In this document: positions 8,385 to 19,020 of the stretch, piece by piece
Layout of the letters: every line of letters begins with the position of its first letter
Position numbering within the stretch: the stretch's first letter is position 1
Position numbers and translations under genes: made by a program
Virus record (IMG/VR): IMGVR_UViG_3300017785_008291
Span: 1 to 39,992 of that record
DNA: 39,992 bases
Strand: one strand, 5' to 3'
DNA from: a virus
Lineage: Duplodnaviria; Caudoviricetes
Notes under the pieces: generated by a model
Told to the model about the DNA's origin: nothing
Databases searched by the model: none
The model's input: the letters and a program-made list of their open reading frames with translations, nothing else

Positions 8385-9458
8385 ATGGTACCAAAAATGG
8401 CAGCAATTTTATCAAATAATAAAGTAGCAATATTTACAGACCTACATCTTGGAGTACACCAAAATAGCGATTTTTGGTTGAATGTTGCTCTAAAATGGGC
8501 AGATTGGTTTGTATCTGAACTTGAAAATAATAATATAGATACCGTTATTTTCTGTGGTGATTGGATGCATTATAGAGATGCAGTAGAGGTCAAAACACTA
8601 CACTACCATTCCTTAATACTACAGAAATTAAGTAAGTTTAAACTTCTTATGATACCAGGTAATCATTGCTGCTATTATAAGAATACATCAGATGTTCATA
8701 GCCTTTCAATCATGAAAGGTAATTCTAATATACAAATTTTCGATAATATAACTAGTGTATATTTTAATGATAAAAAATTTACATTTTGTCCTTGGGGTTG
8801 CAATATAAAAGATATACCGCAAAGTGATGTAGTGTTTGGTCATTTTGAATTACAAAACTTCAGAATGAATGGACATAAGATATGTGAACACGGTGATGAT
8901 CCAGATTACTTAACAACAAAAAGTAATCTAGTATTTTCAGGACATTTTCATCAACGTGATGAAAAGACGTTTGAAAGTGTAAGTAAAATAATATATGTAG
9001 GTAATCCATTTCAAACAGACTTTGGTGATGCCTATCAAACAAAAGGTTATTATCTATTAGATGTAGATACACTAAAATTTGAGTTTAAAGAAAATACATT
9101 AACACCTGTACATTTAAAAGTATCTCTCTCAGAGATTATCATTAATAAAGACCCGATTGCATATTTTAGTAATAATTTTAAAGGAAATATCATCAAGCTA
9201 ATAATAGATAAAAACATATCGACAGATCACTTAGATATGTTGGTTAGTAAAATAACTACATTTAAGCCTGCAGATCTTAAAATAGACTATGATGTTAACT
9301 ATAACAAGATAAAAGCACATGAAGAGTTAGTAGACTCTGACATTAAAGGTGCTGAAATAGAAAATATTGTAACAGAATTTGTTAGCATGTTGGATATTAA
9401 CAATAAACAGGAAATTATAAAATATACTATATCGTTATATAACAAGTCAATTGCATGA
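8385..9458 (+). CDS. gp47: recombination endonuclease subunit gp47 (Mre11/SbcD-like)
   Basis: Metallophosphoesterase motifs DLHLG, GDW, GNH, GHFE and SGHFH, upstream of gp46. Confidence 0.92.
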   Translation: MVPKMAAILSNNKVAIFTDLHLGVHQNSDFWLNVALKWADWFVSELENNNIDTVIFCGDWMHYRDAVEVKTLHYHSLILQKLSKFKLLMIPGNHCCYYKNTSDVHSLSIMKGNSNIQIFDNITSVYFNDKKFTFCPWGCNIKDIPQSDVVFGHFELQNFRMNGHKICEHGDDPDYLTTKSNLVFSGHFHQRDEKTFESVSKIIYVGNPFQTDFGDAYQTKGYYLLDVDTLKFEFKENTLTPVHLKVSLSEIIINKDPIAYFSNNFKGNIIKLIIDKNISTDHLDMLVSKITTFKPADLKIDYDVNYNKIKAHEELVDSDIKGAEIENIVTEFVSMLDINNKQEIIKYTISLYNKSIA

Positions 9459-11257
9459 AGTACGTAAACTTTAAAAACATAAAGATAAAAAACTTTCTAT
9501 CAGTAGGTGATGATGTAGTTAGTGTAGATTTCAACACAGGGCTAAATATTATAACCGGTGTTAATAGAGATAAAGAAGATAGAAGAAATGGTGTAGGTAA
9601 ATCTACAATAGCAGATGCACTATATTTTGCTATATTTGGTACTACTCTAAGAGAGCTAAAAAAAGAGTTTATACCAAATAACATAACTCAAAATACATGC
9701 GAAGTACAATTAGAATTTGACGTTAATCAAAACGGCAATACTAATACATATAATATAATAAGAACATTATCACCGTCTAGAATATTTCTTTATAAAGATA
9801 GCAATGATATAACGTTAGATACTATATCAAATACAAATTCATACGTTGAGACTGTATTATCTTCATCACCTGAAGTATTTAGGAATTGCGTATTGATGAC
9901 ATTAAATGACACTTTACCTTTCATGTCGAAGTCTAAAGTAGAGAAAAGAAAGTTTATTGAACAAATATTCAATTTACAAGTTTTTTCTACGATGATGTCT
10001 TCTTTAAGAGAAGATCAAAATGTTACAAAGAGAGAGTTAGATATAGAAAACGCTAGACTTAGCGAGATTAAAAATAGCGTATCTACCTTTGAAAGACAAA
10101 AAGAATTAAAATCTAAAGAAAAGGAAACTAAATTATTAACGATTAATAAAAAGATCAAAGATAATGAAGCAGATATACAAAAAATTGAGAATGATATTCA
10201 GAATGAAGTTATAATAAATCAATCTGAAAAGAATATAGAATTAGAAAAATATACTAAAGCGTTAGTTAAATTAGAAGAACTATACAATTTAACACTTGGA
10301 AATGCAGCAACAGTAAAAAATGAAATTAAAACTAAAAAAGAGCAACTTCAAAAAGTAGGTACTACTGAGCAGATTTGTCCTACATGCTTACGTCCAATAT
10401 CTGAACATGATATTGAAGAGATAGAAAAAGAAAAGAAGAATATGCATAACGATATATTAAAGTTAGCAGAAACGTTAACAGGGTATATAGGTCAAATAAA
10501 TGGACTAGAAGATAAAAAATTTAAAATTAAAAAACATATAGATAGTCTTAATAAAGATATAAAGATTGCTGCAGTACAAGAGACTACAAGACAATCTAAT
10601 AAGAAAAGAATTATAGATCTACAGAATTTAAATAAGCAACTACAAGATAGTAGTTCTACGGTATCAAGTGATTTAACGACTTTTGATGAATTAATAAAAG
10701 AATCAAATACAAAGATAGAAACATCTAACGATACAATTCAAAATATTAAAAAGAAAGCAGATATGCTTGAGGTTGTAAAGTTTGTAATAAGTGAAGAAGG
10801 TGTAAAGAGCTTTCTAGTAAAGAAAATTTTACAAAATTTTAACGCAAAACTAGCGTTTTATCTTAAAAAGTTAGACAGTAATAGTATATGCATATTTAAT
10901 GAGTATTTTGAAGAAGAGATATTAAATGAAAAAGGTAAGATGTGTTTGTATAATAATTTTTCTGGTGCAGAAAGAAAGGCTATTGATTTAGCGTGCTTAT
11001 TTTCATTTATAGATATGAGAAAGACTCACGGTGATGTATACTATAATGTAACAGTATATGATGAACTATTTGATACTAGCTTAGATCAACGTGGTGTTGA
11101 ATTAGTAGTAGAAATATTAAAAGAGAGAGTTGAGTTGTTTAAAGAGTCAATTTTGATTATATCACACAGAAAAGAAAGTGTAAAAGCCGTAAATGGTGAT
11201 ATTATCTTTCTTGAAAAGCATAACGGAATAACAAAACGTGTAAACTTTGTTGATTAA
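9455..11257 (+). CDS. gp46: recombination ATPase subunit gp46 (Rad50/SbcC-like)
   Basis: KNFLSVG, NGVGKST, coiled coil with CPTC zinc hook, FSGAE signature, YDELFD and ISH. Confidence 0.95.
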   Translation: MKYVNFKNIKIKNFLSVGDDVVSVDFNTGLNIITGVNRDKEDRRNGVGKSTIADALYFAIFGTTLRELKKEFIPNNITQNTCEVQLEFDVNQNGNTNTYNIIRTLSPSRIFLYKDSNDITLDTISNTNSYVETVLSSSPEVFRNCVLMTLNDTLPFMSKSKVEKRKFIEQIFNLQVFSTMMSSLREDQNVTKRELDIENARLSEIKNSVSTFERQKELKSKEKETKLLTINKKIKDNEADIQKIENDIQNEVIINQSEKNIELEKYTKALVKLEELYNLTLGNAATVKNEIKTKKEQLQKVGTTEQICPTCLRPISEHDIEEIEKEKKNMHNDILKLAETLTGYIGQINGLEDKKFKIKKHIDSLNKDIKIAAVQETTRQSNKKRIIDLQNLNKQLQDSSSTVSSDLTTFDELIKESNTKIETSNDTIQNIKKKADMLEVVKFVISEEGVKSFLVKKILQNFNAKLAFYLKKLDSNSICIFNEYFEEEILNEKGKMCLYNNFSGAERKAIDLACLFSFIDMRKTHGDVYYNVTVYDELFDTSLDQRGVELVVEILKERVELFKESILIISHRKESVKAVNGDIIFLEKHNGITKRVNFVD

Positions 11258-11277
11258 TTAAAACCTTAACATATTAT
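11250..11277 (+). promoter_or_regulatory. early/middle-type promoter TTGATT-N16-TATTAT
   Basis: Ends 11 nt upstream of the glycosyltransferase ATG. Confidence 0.45.
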
Positions 11278-11288
11278 ATATAGACTAT

Positions 11289-12497
11289 ATGTTTACACCG
11301 GTCCTACCATTTCAAAACCATTCAGTAACACCTTTTCAGCAACTACAGCAGCAGTTGCCTAAAAACGATGAGATGGTACCACCAGAACTATCTTTACCAA
11401 GATTTTTAAATTACTATGCAGATTATAGCGGCTGTGGTCACTGGCGGATGATTTGGCCAGAACAGATTCTTAATGCACATCAAAAAGCTGTAGTACATGG
11501 TACTACAGTAATGAATCTGGATCCAAGATATTACGGTATGGTAAAATCTGTAAGAATACAAAGACAAGCAACAAAACAACAGCTTGAATTTGTAAAGTTT
11601 TTACGAGAAGTATCAAAACAAAACGGTATGAGAATCATTTATGAAATAGATGATATTTGCTTTAAAGAAGATATTCCTGATTATAACAAGTTTAAACCAG
11701 CTTTTGATAATCCAGAGATAAGAGAGTCAGCATGCGCAATTATGTCTTTATGTGATGAAATCACAGTTACCTGCGATTACATGAAAGATTATTATAAGAG
11801 CAAAACCGGTAATAAAAACGTTACAGTAATTCCTAATTTTATGCCTAAGTTTTGGTTAGGTAATCATTATGAAAGTACTCAAATAATGAAAAATTATGAT
11901 GATAATAAGAAGAAGCCTCGTATTTTATATACAGGTTCAGGTGCCCATTTTGATGTAGAAAATAGAACAGGTAATTATAATGATGACTTTTTCCATGTTA
12001 ATAACGTAATTCGCAGGACTGTTGATAAATTCCAATGGATATTCCTTGGTGCATATCCATTGCCATTAACAGATCTCATTAGAAACGGTAAAATTGAATT
12101 TCATCCATGGTCTAAATTATATGATTATGGTGAAAGTATTGCTAATATTAAAGCAAATATGATGGTTGCACCGTTACAAGTTAATAATTTTAATAAAGCT
12201 AAGAGTGATCTAAAATATATTGAGGCATGTGCTTTTGGTTTACCAGTAGCATGTCAAGATATCGTAACATATTCAAACGCACCTATTAGATTTAATACTG
12301 GTGATGAAATGATAGATAGAATTAACGACACACTTAAAGATCACAAACAGTATAAAGCAATATCTAAACGTGCAAGGCAATACGCAGAAACACGCTGGCT
12401 TGAAACAGATAGTAATATAGATTGTTATTTAGAACTATATAATACACCCTACGGCAGCAAGGAAAGAAAAAATATAACAAAATATAACAGGGAATAA
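11289..12497 (+). CDS. GT-B fold glycosyltransferase (GT4-like)
   Basis: SGCGHWRMIWP, YEIDD, VTVIPN and APLQVNNFNKAKSDLKYIEACAFGLPV donor-binding motif. Confidence 0.85.
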   Translation: MFTPVLPFQNHSVTPFQQLQQQLPKNDEMVPPELSLPRFLNYYADYSGCGHWRMIWPEQILNAHQKAVVHGTTVMNLDPRYYGMVKSVRIQRQATKQQLEFVKFLREVSKQNGMRIIYEIDDICFKEDIPDYNKFKPAFDNPEIRESACAIMSLCDEITVTCDYMKDYYKSKTGNKNVTVIPNFMPKFWLGNHYESTQIMKNYDDNKKKPRILYTGSGAHFDVENRTGNYNDDFFHVNNVIRRTVDKFQWIFLGAYPLPLTDLIRNGKIEFHPWSKLYDYGESIANIKANMMVAPLQVNNFNKAKSDLKYIEACAFGLPVACQDIVTYSNAPIRFNTGDEMIDRINDTLKDHKQYKAISKRARQYAETRWLETDSNIDCYLELYNTPYGSKERKNITKYNRE

Positions 12498-12512
12498 TTA
12501 TAATATTTCTGC

Positions 12513-15092
12513 ATGAGTTATAGAAATGCTTTTTATAATAGCAAAGAACAGAAGATAACTATATTAGGGTGGGATGAAAACGGTAAAAGAAACGAACAAT
12601 ACTTTACCTATAAGCCTCACCTCTATGTAGAAGGTCCTGGAGAATATGATTCAATATTTGGTACTAAATTAGTTAAACGCATATTTAATACTCAGTTTGA
12701 TAGAAGCTCCTTTATAACTAATACTGGAATAACAAAAGTATTTGATAACTTTCCATGCGTTCAACAGTTTCTTATAGAGCGATTTTATAAAGATAATGAA
12801 ACACCTGAATTTAGTAAAAATGATGTAAGAGTTATCTTTATAGATATCGAAGTTATTGCAGAAGAATTTCCTGATGCAAAATATTCAAAGTATCCTATTA
12901 ACGTAATTACTATATATGATTCTACTACAAAAAGGTTTAAATGTTGGGGTGAAAAACCTTTTAACGTAATATATAGTGATGTAGATTTTATATATTGTAA
13001 AAATGAAGTAGAGCTACTAACTAAATTTATAGATTGGTTTAAGTCAGATACTCCTGATATTGTAAGTGGATGGAATAGTATGGGCTTCGATATTCCATAT
13101 ATTATGAATAGAATATCTAATATTATGGATGATAGTACACGTAATAGTTTATCACCAGCAGGTAAAACGTACTTTCGTGATATCCATAACGATAAAGGTC
13201 AGTATTTACAGCGCTGGTTTATAGAAGGTGTCTCTCTTATAGACTATCTTGACATATATAAGAGATTCTCACCAGGTGAGAAAGAAAGTTATAAACTTAA
13301 TAGTATTGCTAAATTAGAACTAGGTGAATCAAAGGTAAATATAGGTACAGGTAATCTAATAGATCTGTATAATGACGATTGGCAAAAATTTGTAGAGTAT
13401 AATATTCAAGACGTAAGACTACTTAAGAATCTTGAGTTTAAATTAAGATATCTAAACTTAGTAAGAATGTTTGCATATATAGGACTTACAACGTTTGAAG
13501 CAGGAATGGGTTCTATATCAGTTATAAATGGAGCAGCAGCAATACGTGCTAAACATAAGAACCAAATATTACCTACATTTATACGTAACGCAGAGAGTGG
13601 TGTTAATCCTGGTGCATTCGTGCGTGAACCACTACCAGGGTTTAAAAAACATATAGTATCATTTGATGCTAACTCTCTATACCCAAACGTGATGATTACC
13701 CTTAATACATCACCTGAGACAAAAATAGGTAAGATAATTAAACGTGAAGATGGTAATGTTGTGATAAAGCACGTTACAGGTCAAACATTTACACTTACTG
13801 AAGATAAATTTGCTCTATTTGTACAAAAAGAGAGATTAACTTTAAGTAAAGCTAATATTATTTTTACTCAGAAAAAACGTGGTATATTCCCTGAAGTACT
13901 AGATTATTATTACAAAGAGCGTAAAAAAACGCAAGTTAAACTTAGGAAAGTAAATCTTCGTATTAAGGAATTAGAAGAATTAAATCAAAAAGAATGCGAA
14001 GAGTATACTAATTTAAAGAACGAAAGCATACAATTAGATTCTAAACAATTAGCTCAAAAGATATATATCAATGCAACCTATGGTGCTTTTGGTAATAAGA
14101 ACAATCCTTTAGGTGACGACGATATAGCTTCATCAGTTACACTAACTGGTCAAGAAGTAATTAAATTTGCAGGCGAGGTTGCAAAAAAATTCGTAAAAGA
14201 AAATGTACCACATATAACAGAGCAGGAAAATAATGATGTAGTAGTATATGGAGATACAGATTCTATTTACGTTACTCTAGATAATATAGTTCAGAACGGT
14301 ACATTATTCTCTAATAAACCCGGCAAGATTAGTAAAGAGTTTTACGATAAAGTAAAAGAGCTAGGTGATAAACTTAATAATGAAATAAAGATATGGGGTG
14401 AACGTGAACTCTTTTCAGAAGATAGTAGGTTTGTATTCAAAAGAGAAGCAATAGCTGATAATGGTGTATTCTTGCAAAAGAAAAGATATATAATACACGT
14501 TTTAGATATCGAAGATATACCATGTAACAAATATAAGTATGTAGGTGTTGATGTTGTACGTAGTACAATACCATCAGCTGTTAAACCTTATATTAAAGAT
14601 ATAATAGAAACAATGCTATCTACACAAGATTATTCTAAAACGAATATATTAATTAATAAGGTGTGGGAGATATTTAAGACACTACCAATCGAATCTATAG
14701 CAACTGTTAGTAATTTAAATAATTACGAAGTAAGAGAGCAACTATGTAAAGGTTTTGAAATTGCTAAAGGTACCCCGCATCATATTAAAGCAGCAATATT
14801 CTATAATAGACTTATTGAAAGATTACAACTAACCAACAAGTATGAAAAAATATCATCTGGAGATAAGGTTAGATTATTACAAGTACAAACACCTAACAAG
14901 TATAATATTCAAAAAATTGCGTATAAAGATTACTACCCTGAAGAATTTAAGCAATTTTTTGAACCTGACTACGAACTAATTTTTGAAAAAACTGTACTTG
15001 CAGCTATAGAAAGATTATACGAAAATGTTAGATGGGAACTACAACGACCAGGGTCTCTTGTACAAAGTAATATTTTTGATTTATTTAGTTGA
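12513..15092 (+). CDS. gp43: family B DNA polymerase gp43
   Basis: Exonuclease motifs DIE, GWNSMGFDIPY, YNIQDV. Polymerase motifs SFDANSLYP, KIYINATYG, YGDTDS, KKRY. Confidence 0.97.
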   Translation: MSYRNAFYNSKEQKITILGWDENGKRNEQYFTYKPHLYVEGPGEYDSIFGTKLVKRIFNTQFDRSSFITNTGITKVFDNFPCVQQFLIERFYKDNETPEFSKNDVRVIFIDIEVIAEEFPDAKYSKYPINVITIYDSTTKRFKCWGEKPFNVIYSDVDFIYCKNEVELLTKFIDWFKSDTPDIVSGWNSMGFDIPYIMNRISNIMDDSTRNSLSPAGKTYFRDIHNDKGQYLQRWFIEGVSLIDYLDIYKRFSPGEKESYKLNSIAKLELGESKVNIGTGNLIDLYNDDWQKFVEYNIQDVRLLKNLEFKLRYLNLVRMFAYIGLTTFEAGMGSISVINGAAAIRAKHKNQILPTFIRNAESGVNPGAFVREPLPGFKKHIVSFDANSLYPNVMITLNTSPETKIGKIIKREDGNVVIKHVTGQTFTLTEDKFALFVQKERLTLSKANIIFTQKKRGIFPEVLDYYYKERKKTQVKLRKVNLRIKELEELNQKECEEYTNLKNESIQLDSKQLAQKIYINATYGAFGNKNNPLGDDDIASSVTLTGQEVIKFAGEVAKKFVKENVPHITEQENNDVVVYGDTDSIYVTLDNIVQNGTLFSNKPGKISKEFYDKVKELGDKLNNEIKIWGERELFSEDSRFVFKREAIADNGVFLQKKRYIIHVLDIEDIPCNKYKYVGVDVVRSTIPSAVKPYIKDIIETMLSTQDYSKTNILINKVWEIFKTLPIESIATVSNLNNYEVREQLCKGFEIAKGTPHHIKAAIFYNRLIERLQLTNKYEKISSGDKVRLLQVQTPNKYNIQKIAYKDYYPEEFKQFFEPDYELIFEKTVLAAIERLYENVRWELQRPGSLVQSNIFDLFS

Positions 15093-15116
15093 AAAATTAC
15101 TTTCATTATATAATAT
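15089..15116 (+). promoter_or_regulatory. early/middle-type promoter TTGAAA-N16-TAATAT
   Basis: Ends 6 nt upstream of ATG 15123. Confidence 0.55.
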
Positions 15117-15122
15117 ACCTAT

Positions 15123-15488
15123 ATGTCCAAATACATTACATTCATAGATCAAGTAGGCAGAAATATTCTAGGTATTTCAGCACCTAACCAGCAACAAGGT
15201 GCATTGACAATTATTAATCCAGTAATGATTACTGTACAACCATCTAATGGTCAATTACAAATTCAATTAGTACCACTATTTTTTGCTGAATTCGTTAAAT
15301 ACAACGAGGAAAGCAAAAGAAATTTTGAATTTACATACTCACAAAATTCTATTGCGCAAGGCTCTAATTTTGAAATTGATGAAAAGATTATTTCACAATA
15401 CGAAAGAATAGTATCGAGCACGTTTAACGCACAACCAGTAGCACCAGTAACAGAAGAGCCTAAAATTATTAAGCTTTTTAACGAATAA
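15123..15488 (+). CDS. hypothetical protein, possible Sm-like beta fold
   Basis: 121-aa ORF with its own promoter and terminator. Beta-rich LTIINPVMI...IQLVP and IISQYERI pattern recalls small T4-like phage proteins. Confidence 0.7.
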   Translation: MSKYITFIDQVGRNILGISAPNQQQGALTIINPVMITVQPSNGQLQIQLVPLFFAEFVKYNEESKRNFEFTYSQNSIAQGSNFEIDEKIISQYERIVSSTFNAQPVAPVTEEPKIIKLFNE

Positions 15489-15498
15489 AAAGAAAAAC

Positions 15499-15527
15499 AA
15501 AGCCCTCTTATTTAAGAGGGCTTTTTT
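15499..15527 (+). terminator. rho-independent terminator
   Basis: AAAGCCCTCTT-ATTT-AAGAGGGCTTT stem followed by a T-run. Confidence 0.9.
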
Positions 15528-15532
15528 ATGTA

Positions 15533-15700
15533 ATGAATAAGGTATATTATGAACTTGCAATAAAAGAAGCTTACCTAAAAGGTGTAACTGAGAGTCAGGA
15601 TAAATATGAAAAAGTTATAAAATTTTTAGAAGAGCACAAAGATAGAAATAACTATATTAGTAAAAAAATAAAATTGTTACTTGAAGATTTAAAAAAATAG
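15533..15700 (+). CDS. 55-aa hypothetical protein not in the ORF track (MNKVYYELAIKEAYLKG...)
   Basis: Hand-translated ORF that fills the gap between the terminator and uvsX. Confidence 0.55.
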   Translation: MNKVYYELAIKEAYLKGVTESQDKYEKVIKFLEEHKDRNNYISKKIKLLLEDLKK

Positions 15701-15707
15701 CTATAAT
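15681..15707 (+). promoter_or_regulatory. early/middle-type promoter TTGAAG-N15-TATAAT
   Basis: Ends 9 nt upstream of the uvsX ATG at 15717. Confidence 0.6.
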
Positions 15708-15716
15708 AACACATCT

Positions 15717-16829
15717 ATGATAGACAAAGAAATTTCTAAAGTACTAGAATCAATTAACAGCGTTAATCCGTTTGCAACTTTCCTTAACGACAATACGTTA
15801 AGTACCGTAAAAGATTATATTGATACTGGTAGTTATGTGTTGAATGCAATTGTATCCGGCTCAGTACACGGTGGGATACCAAAGGGTAGAGTAACAGTTT
15901 TAGCTGGACCTTCAATGTCTGGTAAATCGTTTTTTGTGCAACACATGGCTGCAAATGCTCAGAAAAAAGGTATGACTGTTGTTATTTTTGATACAGAAAA
16001 TGCTATTGACCCTGAAGGTGCACAACGTCTAGGTCTAGATATATCAAAGGTAAAATATGTACCTTGTATCACAATCGAACAAACCAGAAATGCTATTTAT
16101 AAATTCTTAAATGCTGTAAGAGAAGCTAAAATGCAAGGTAAATTCTTTATTGTTATTGACTCTCTCGGTAATTTACAATCTGAGATGGATATAAACAGAA
16201 TGGAAAAAGAAAGTACGTCTCAAGACACCGGTACTAAAGCTCGTGCAATGAAGACACTAATGCAAACTTGTACTAATCTTGGTGCAATGACACAAACAAC
16301 TATAGTAATGACTAATCACGTATATGATGATCCTATGGCAATGTATCCTTCATTAGAAAAGCATATGCCAGGTGGTAGATCAGTGGTCTATCTACCATCA
16401 GTAACTATTCAGCTTGCAAGAAAGCCTCAAAAAGACGACGGTAAAAATGAAAATGCAAAGCTGGCGCCAGGTCAAAAAAACTATTCTGGTGTAATTCTTA
16501 GAGCTCTAACAGTAAAGAATAGATTTATTAAACAATATCTTGAAGGTGAAATGTTCTTATCATTCTCTACCGGACTAGATAGATATTATGGGTTAGTAGA
16601 ATTAGCTGTAGGTCTTGGTGTTATTAATCAATCTGGACCAACATACTCTCTAATTGACGGTACTAAGCTTGGATACTTCTCAAAGTGGGGTAAAGATGAA
16701 GATATCTGGAATAAAATCATCTTACCTGGTATGGAAGAGAAAATGAAAATTGCCTGGTCTTACGGATCGCAGCTAAATACTGAAGTACCTTCAGAGGTTG
16801 ACGACGGTGATGAACTGGAACAAAAGTAA
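15717..16829 (+). CDS. uvsX: RecA-like recombinase UvsX
   Basis: IDTGSYVLNAIVSG, AGPSMSGKS, FDTENA, IDSLG, TNHVY, GG and KNR motifs. Confidence 0.95.
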   Translation: MIDKEISKVLESINSVNPFATFLNDNTLSTVKDYIDTGSYVLNAIVSGSVHGGIPKGRVTVLAGPSMSGKSFFVQHMAANAQKKGMTVVIFDTENAIDPEGAQRLGLDISKVKYVPCITIEQTRNAIYKFLNAVREAKMQGKFFIVIDSLGNLQSEMDINRMEKESTSQDTGTKARAMKTLMQTCTNLGAMTQTTIVMTNHVYDDPMAMYPSLEKHMPGGRSVVYLPSVTIQLARKPQKDDGKNENAKLAPGQKNYSGVILRALTVKNRFIKQYLEGEMFLSFSTGLDRYYGLVELAVGLGVINQSGPTYSLIDGTKLGYFSKWGKDEDIWNKIILPGMEEKMKIAWSYGSQLNTEVPSEVDDGDELEQK

Positions 16830-16838
16830 TTTAATTAA

Positions 16839-17582
16839 ATGAGTAAATTAGTTTTAACGGTATCTGGAGGTATGGATAGTACGGTGCTGCTTTATATGGC
16901 AGTAGCTAAAGGTTTTGATGAAATACATACTGTAACTTTTGATTACGGTCAAAGACATCTTAGAGAGTTAGAATGTGCAAAATATCACATTAATAAACTA
17001 CAAGATATTAAAAATATAAACATCACTAACAAGACACTAGATGTACGTTATATAAAAGATATTGCACCTGTATCATCTCTTACAAATCTTAATATTGATA
17101 ATCCAAATATTAAGAAAATGGCAGGAGATGCACAACCTATATCATATGTACCATTTAGAAATCTAATGTTTTTGTCTATATGTTCAGCATACGCAGAGTC
17201 TGTAGGTGCAGATACTATTTGGTATGGTGCTGCAGAAGCAGACTCTCTTGCAGGTTATTGGGACGGAAGTAAAGAATTTATTGAATCAGTAAATAGTCTT
17301 ATAACACTAAACCGTAAATCTAAAATAAAGATTGAAGCTCCTCTTATTGAAATGAGTAAAAAGGCAATTATTGAAGAGGGTGTTAGACTTGGTATAGATT
17401 TTAATAAAACCTGGACCTGCTATTCAAATAGAGAAGATAAATTAGCTGATGCTGATACACCTTCAAGTAGTCTAAGACTTCGTGGCTTTATTGAGTCTAA
17501 ATATAAAGACCCCATCAAATACGTTCAACAAGAACGACTCGATGAGGTTTATAAGCAAAAAGGTTGTAGAGAAATATCTTAA
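16839..17582 (+). CDS. queC: QueC-family ATP pyrophosphatase lacking the canonical Zn cysteines
   Basis: SGGMDS PP-loop, FDYGQRH, YVPFRN and TWTCY are present. CxxCxxC is replaced by DADTPSS and GYPDC by GYWDG. Confidence 0.85.
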   Translation: MSKLVLTVSGGMDSTVLLYMAVAKGFDEIHTVTFDYGQRHLRELECAKYHINKLQDIKNINITNKTLDVRYIKDIAPVSSLTNLNIDNPNIKKMAGDAQPISYVPFRNLMFLSICSAYAESVGADTIWYGAAEADSLAGYWDGSKEFIESVNSLITLNRKSKIKIEAPLIEMSKKAIIEEGVRLGIDFNKTWTCYSNREDKLADADTPSSSLRLRGFIESKYKDPIKYVQQERLDEVYKQKGCREIS

Positions 17583-19006
17583 TATAGATATCTTTGCTGG
17601 CATTTAACCTTGTTCTTGATACTACTACGGTAGTTTTCAATAAGAAGGTTATTTACCTGTTTAGAAGAAATCCTTACAGATTCATTTGTAAATTTTTCTC
17701 TATCTTCTTGTTTTTCAGCTTCTTTCATTTCATCCTCTAACTTATTGATCTCACTTTCATTTCTTTTTAAAGAATCAAGTTTATTTAAAATACTATTGTA
17801 TAATCTCTGTATAGCATTACCAAATTTTTGTATTAATGGGTCACTATGTGTAGGTAGTACCTTCATTCTATCCTCAAGATAATTTGTTATCATGTTTACA
17901 GAATTTAATTCTTCAATCTTATCAATAACTTTTCTAAGATTTTCATCATATTTTGATGGGTTCTTTTCGATAAAATCTTCTATATTATAAATTACATCAT
18001 CTTTAATATCATCTAAAGATCCAGGCTTTATACCTGCAGCTGCTGGTATATCTTGTATTACCTTGAATAGTTTAAAGTGCCTGAAATTTTCTATAATATC
18101 ACCGAGAATATTATATAATTGCTTTGCACTACCATCATCTTCTGTTTGAGCTATTCTGTTATACTTACGTGCCTGGTTGGTGATATAATCTTCAAGTGCT
18201 TCAGCAGATGTATTAGCCTCTATACCTGAAATGATACCATCAACACTATCAGAAATAAAAGGATCGTCTTGTTGATCGCTCTTAAATGCTTCAAGTGCCT
18301 GTATAAGAAAGTCCTTGGTCTCTTCTATACTAACGCGAGATTCTTCTGGAATTTGTTCTTCAAATCTTTGACTAGGTGTTTTAAATGCAGATAAAGGAGT
18401 TTCAAGAGCTGTCGATATATCTGAAGTAGGTAAGAAAGAACCAGCATCTATTTTAAATCTCTCACCACGTGTAGTAGCGGTAACGTTAATATAGTCTTGT
18501 ATAGATTTATTGTCTGTTTTAGCAATTAGCTCGTTCTTAACATTATTGTATATTTCTGCACCATTTACTATACTTCTTAGAGTATTACCGAACCACCAAT
18601 TAATTTCAGTTGCAGATGGTATACGCTTTTTTTCTGTAATATTTTCAACATCAGTAGGAGTAACATCTAGTGAACCTTCTCTTCTTTCTCTCGGTCTCTT
18701 TCTTTCAATCTCTGCTAATTTATCATTAACAAGCTCAGGGAAATTATCTTTAATAAATTGTAAGAAATAAATAGAACGATCTCTATAAGGTGTAAGTTTA
18801 GCAGCTTTACCCTCTTCTTGAGACTTCTTAATATATGCTAACATTTTCTGTTGAATAAACTTTAACATAGGACCAATAATAGCATCCTGTGAAAGTTCAG
18901 CATTCGGAGCAGGTGGTGTTGATTGATTTGCTTCTTCATCTTGTTCGATTAAGAAGTTATATCCCGTAATTGATCTATTAGCCCATCCTAATTTTGTAAA
19001 ACTCAT
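17579..19006 (-). CDS. large acidic helical late protein (475 aa, start revised to MSFTKLGW)
   Basis: TAAATA-ATATT-ATG(19006). Antisense between queC and the amidotransferase. No recognisable motif. Confidence 0.8.
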   Translation of the reverse strand: MSFTKLGWANRSITGYNFLIEQDEEANQSTPPAPNAELSQDAIIGPMLKFIQQKMLAYIKKSQEEGKAAKLTPYRDRSIYFLQFIKDNFPELVNDKLAEIERKRPRERREGSLDVTPTDVENITEKKRIPSATEINWWFGNTLRSIVNGAEIYNNVKNELIAKTDNKSIQDYINVTATTRGERFKIDAGSFLPTSDISTALETPLSAFKTPSQRFEEQIPEESRVSIEETKDFLIQALEAFKSDQQDDPFISDSVDGIISGIEANTSAEALEDYITNQARKYNRIAQTEDDGSAKQLYNILGDIIENFRHFKLFKVIQDIPAAAGIKPGSLDDIKDDVIYNIEDFIEKNPSKYDENLRKVIDKIEELNSVNMITNYLEDRMKVLPTHSDPLIQKFGNAIQRLYNSILNKLDSLKRNESEINKLEDEMKEAEKQEDREKFTNESVRISSKQVNNLLIENYRSSIKNKVKCQQRYLY

Positions 19007-19011
19007 AATAT

Positions 19012-19017
19012 TATTTA
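19012..19017 (-). promoter_or_regulatory. late promoter TAAATA
   Basis: 5 nt upstream of ATG 19006. Confidence 0.7.
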
Positions 19018-19020
19018 GTC

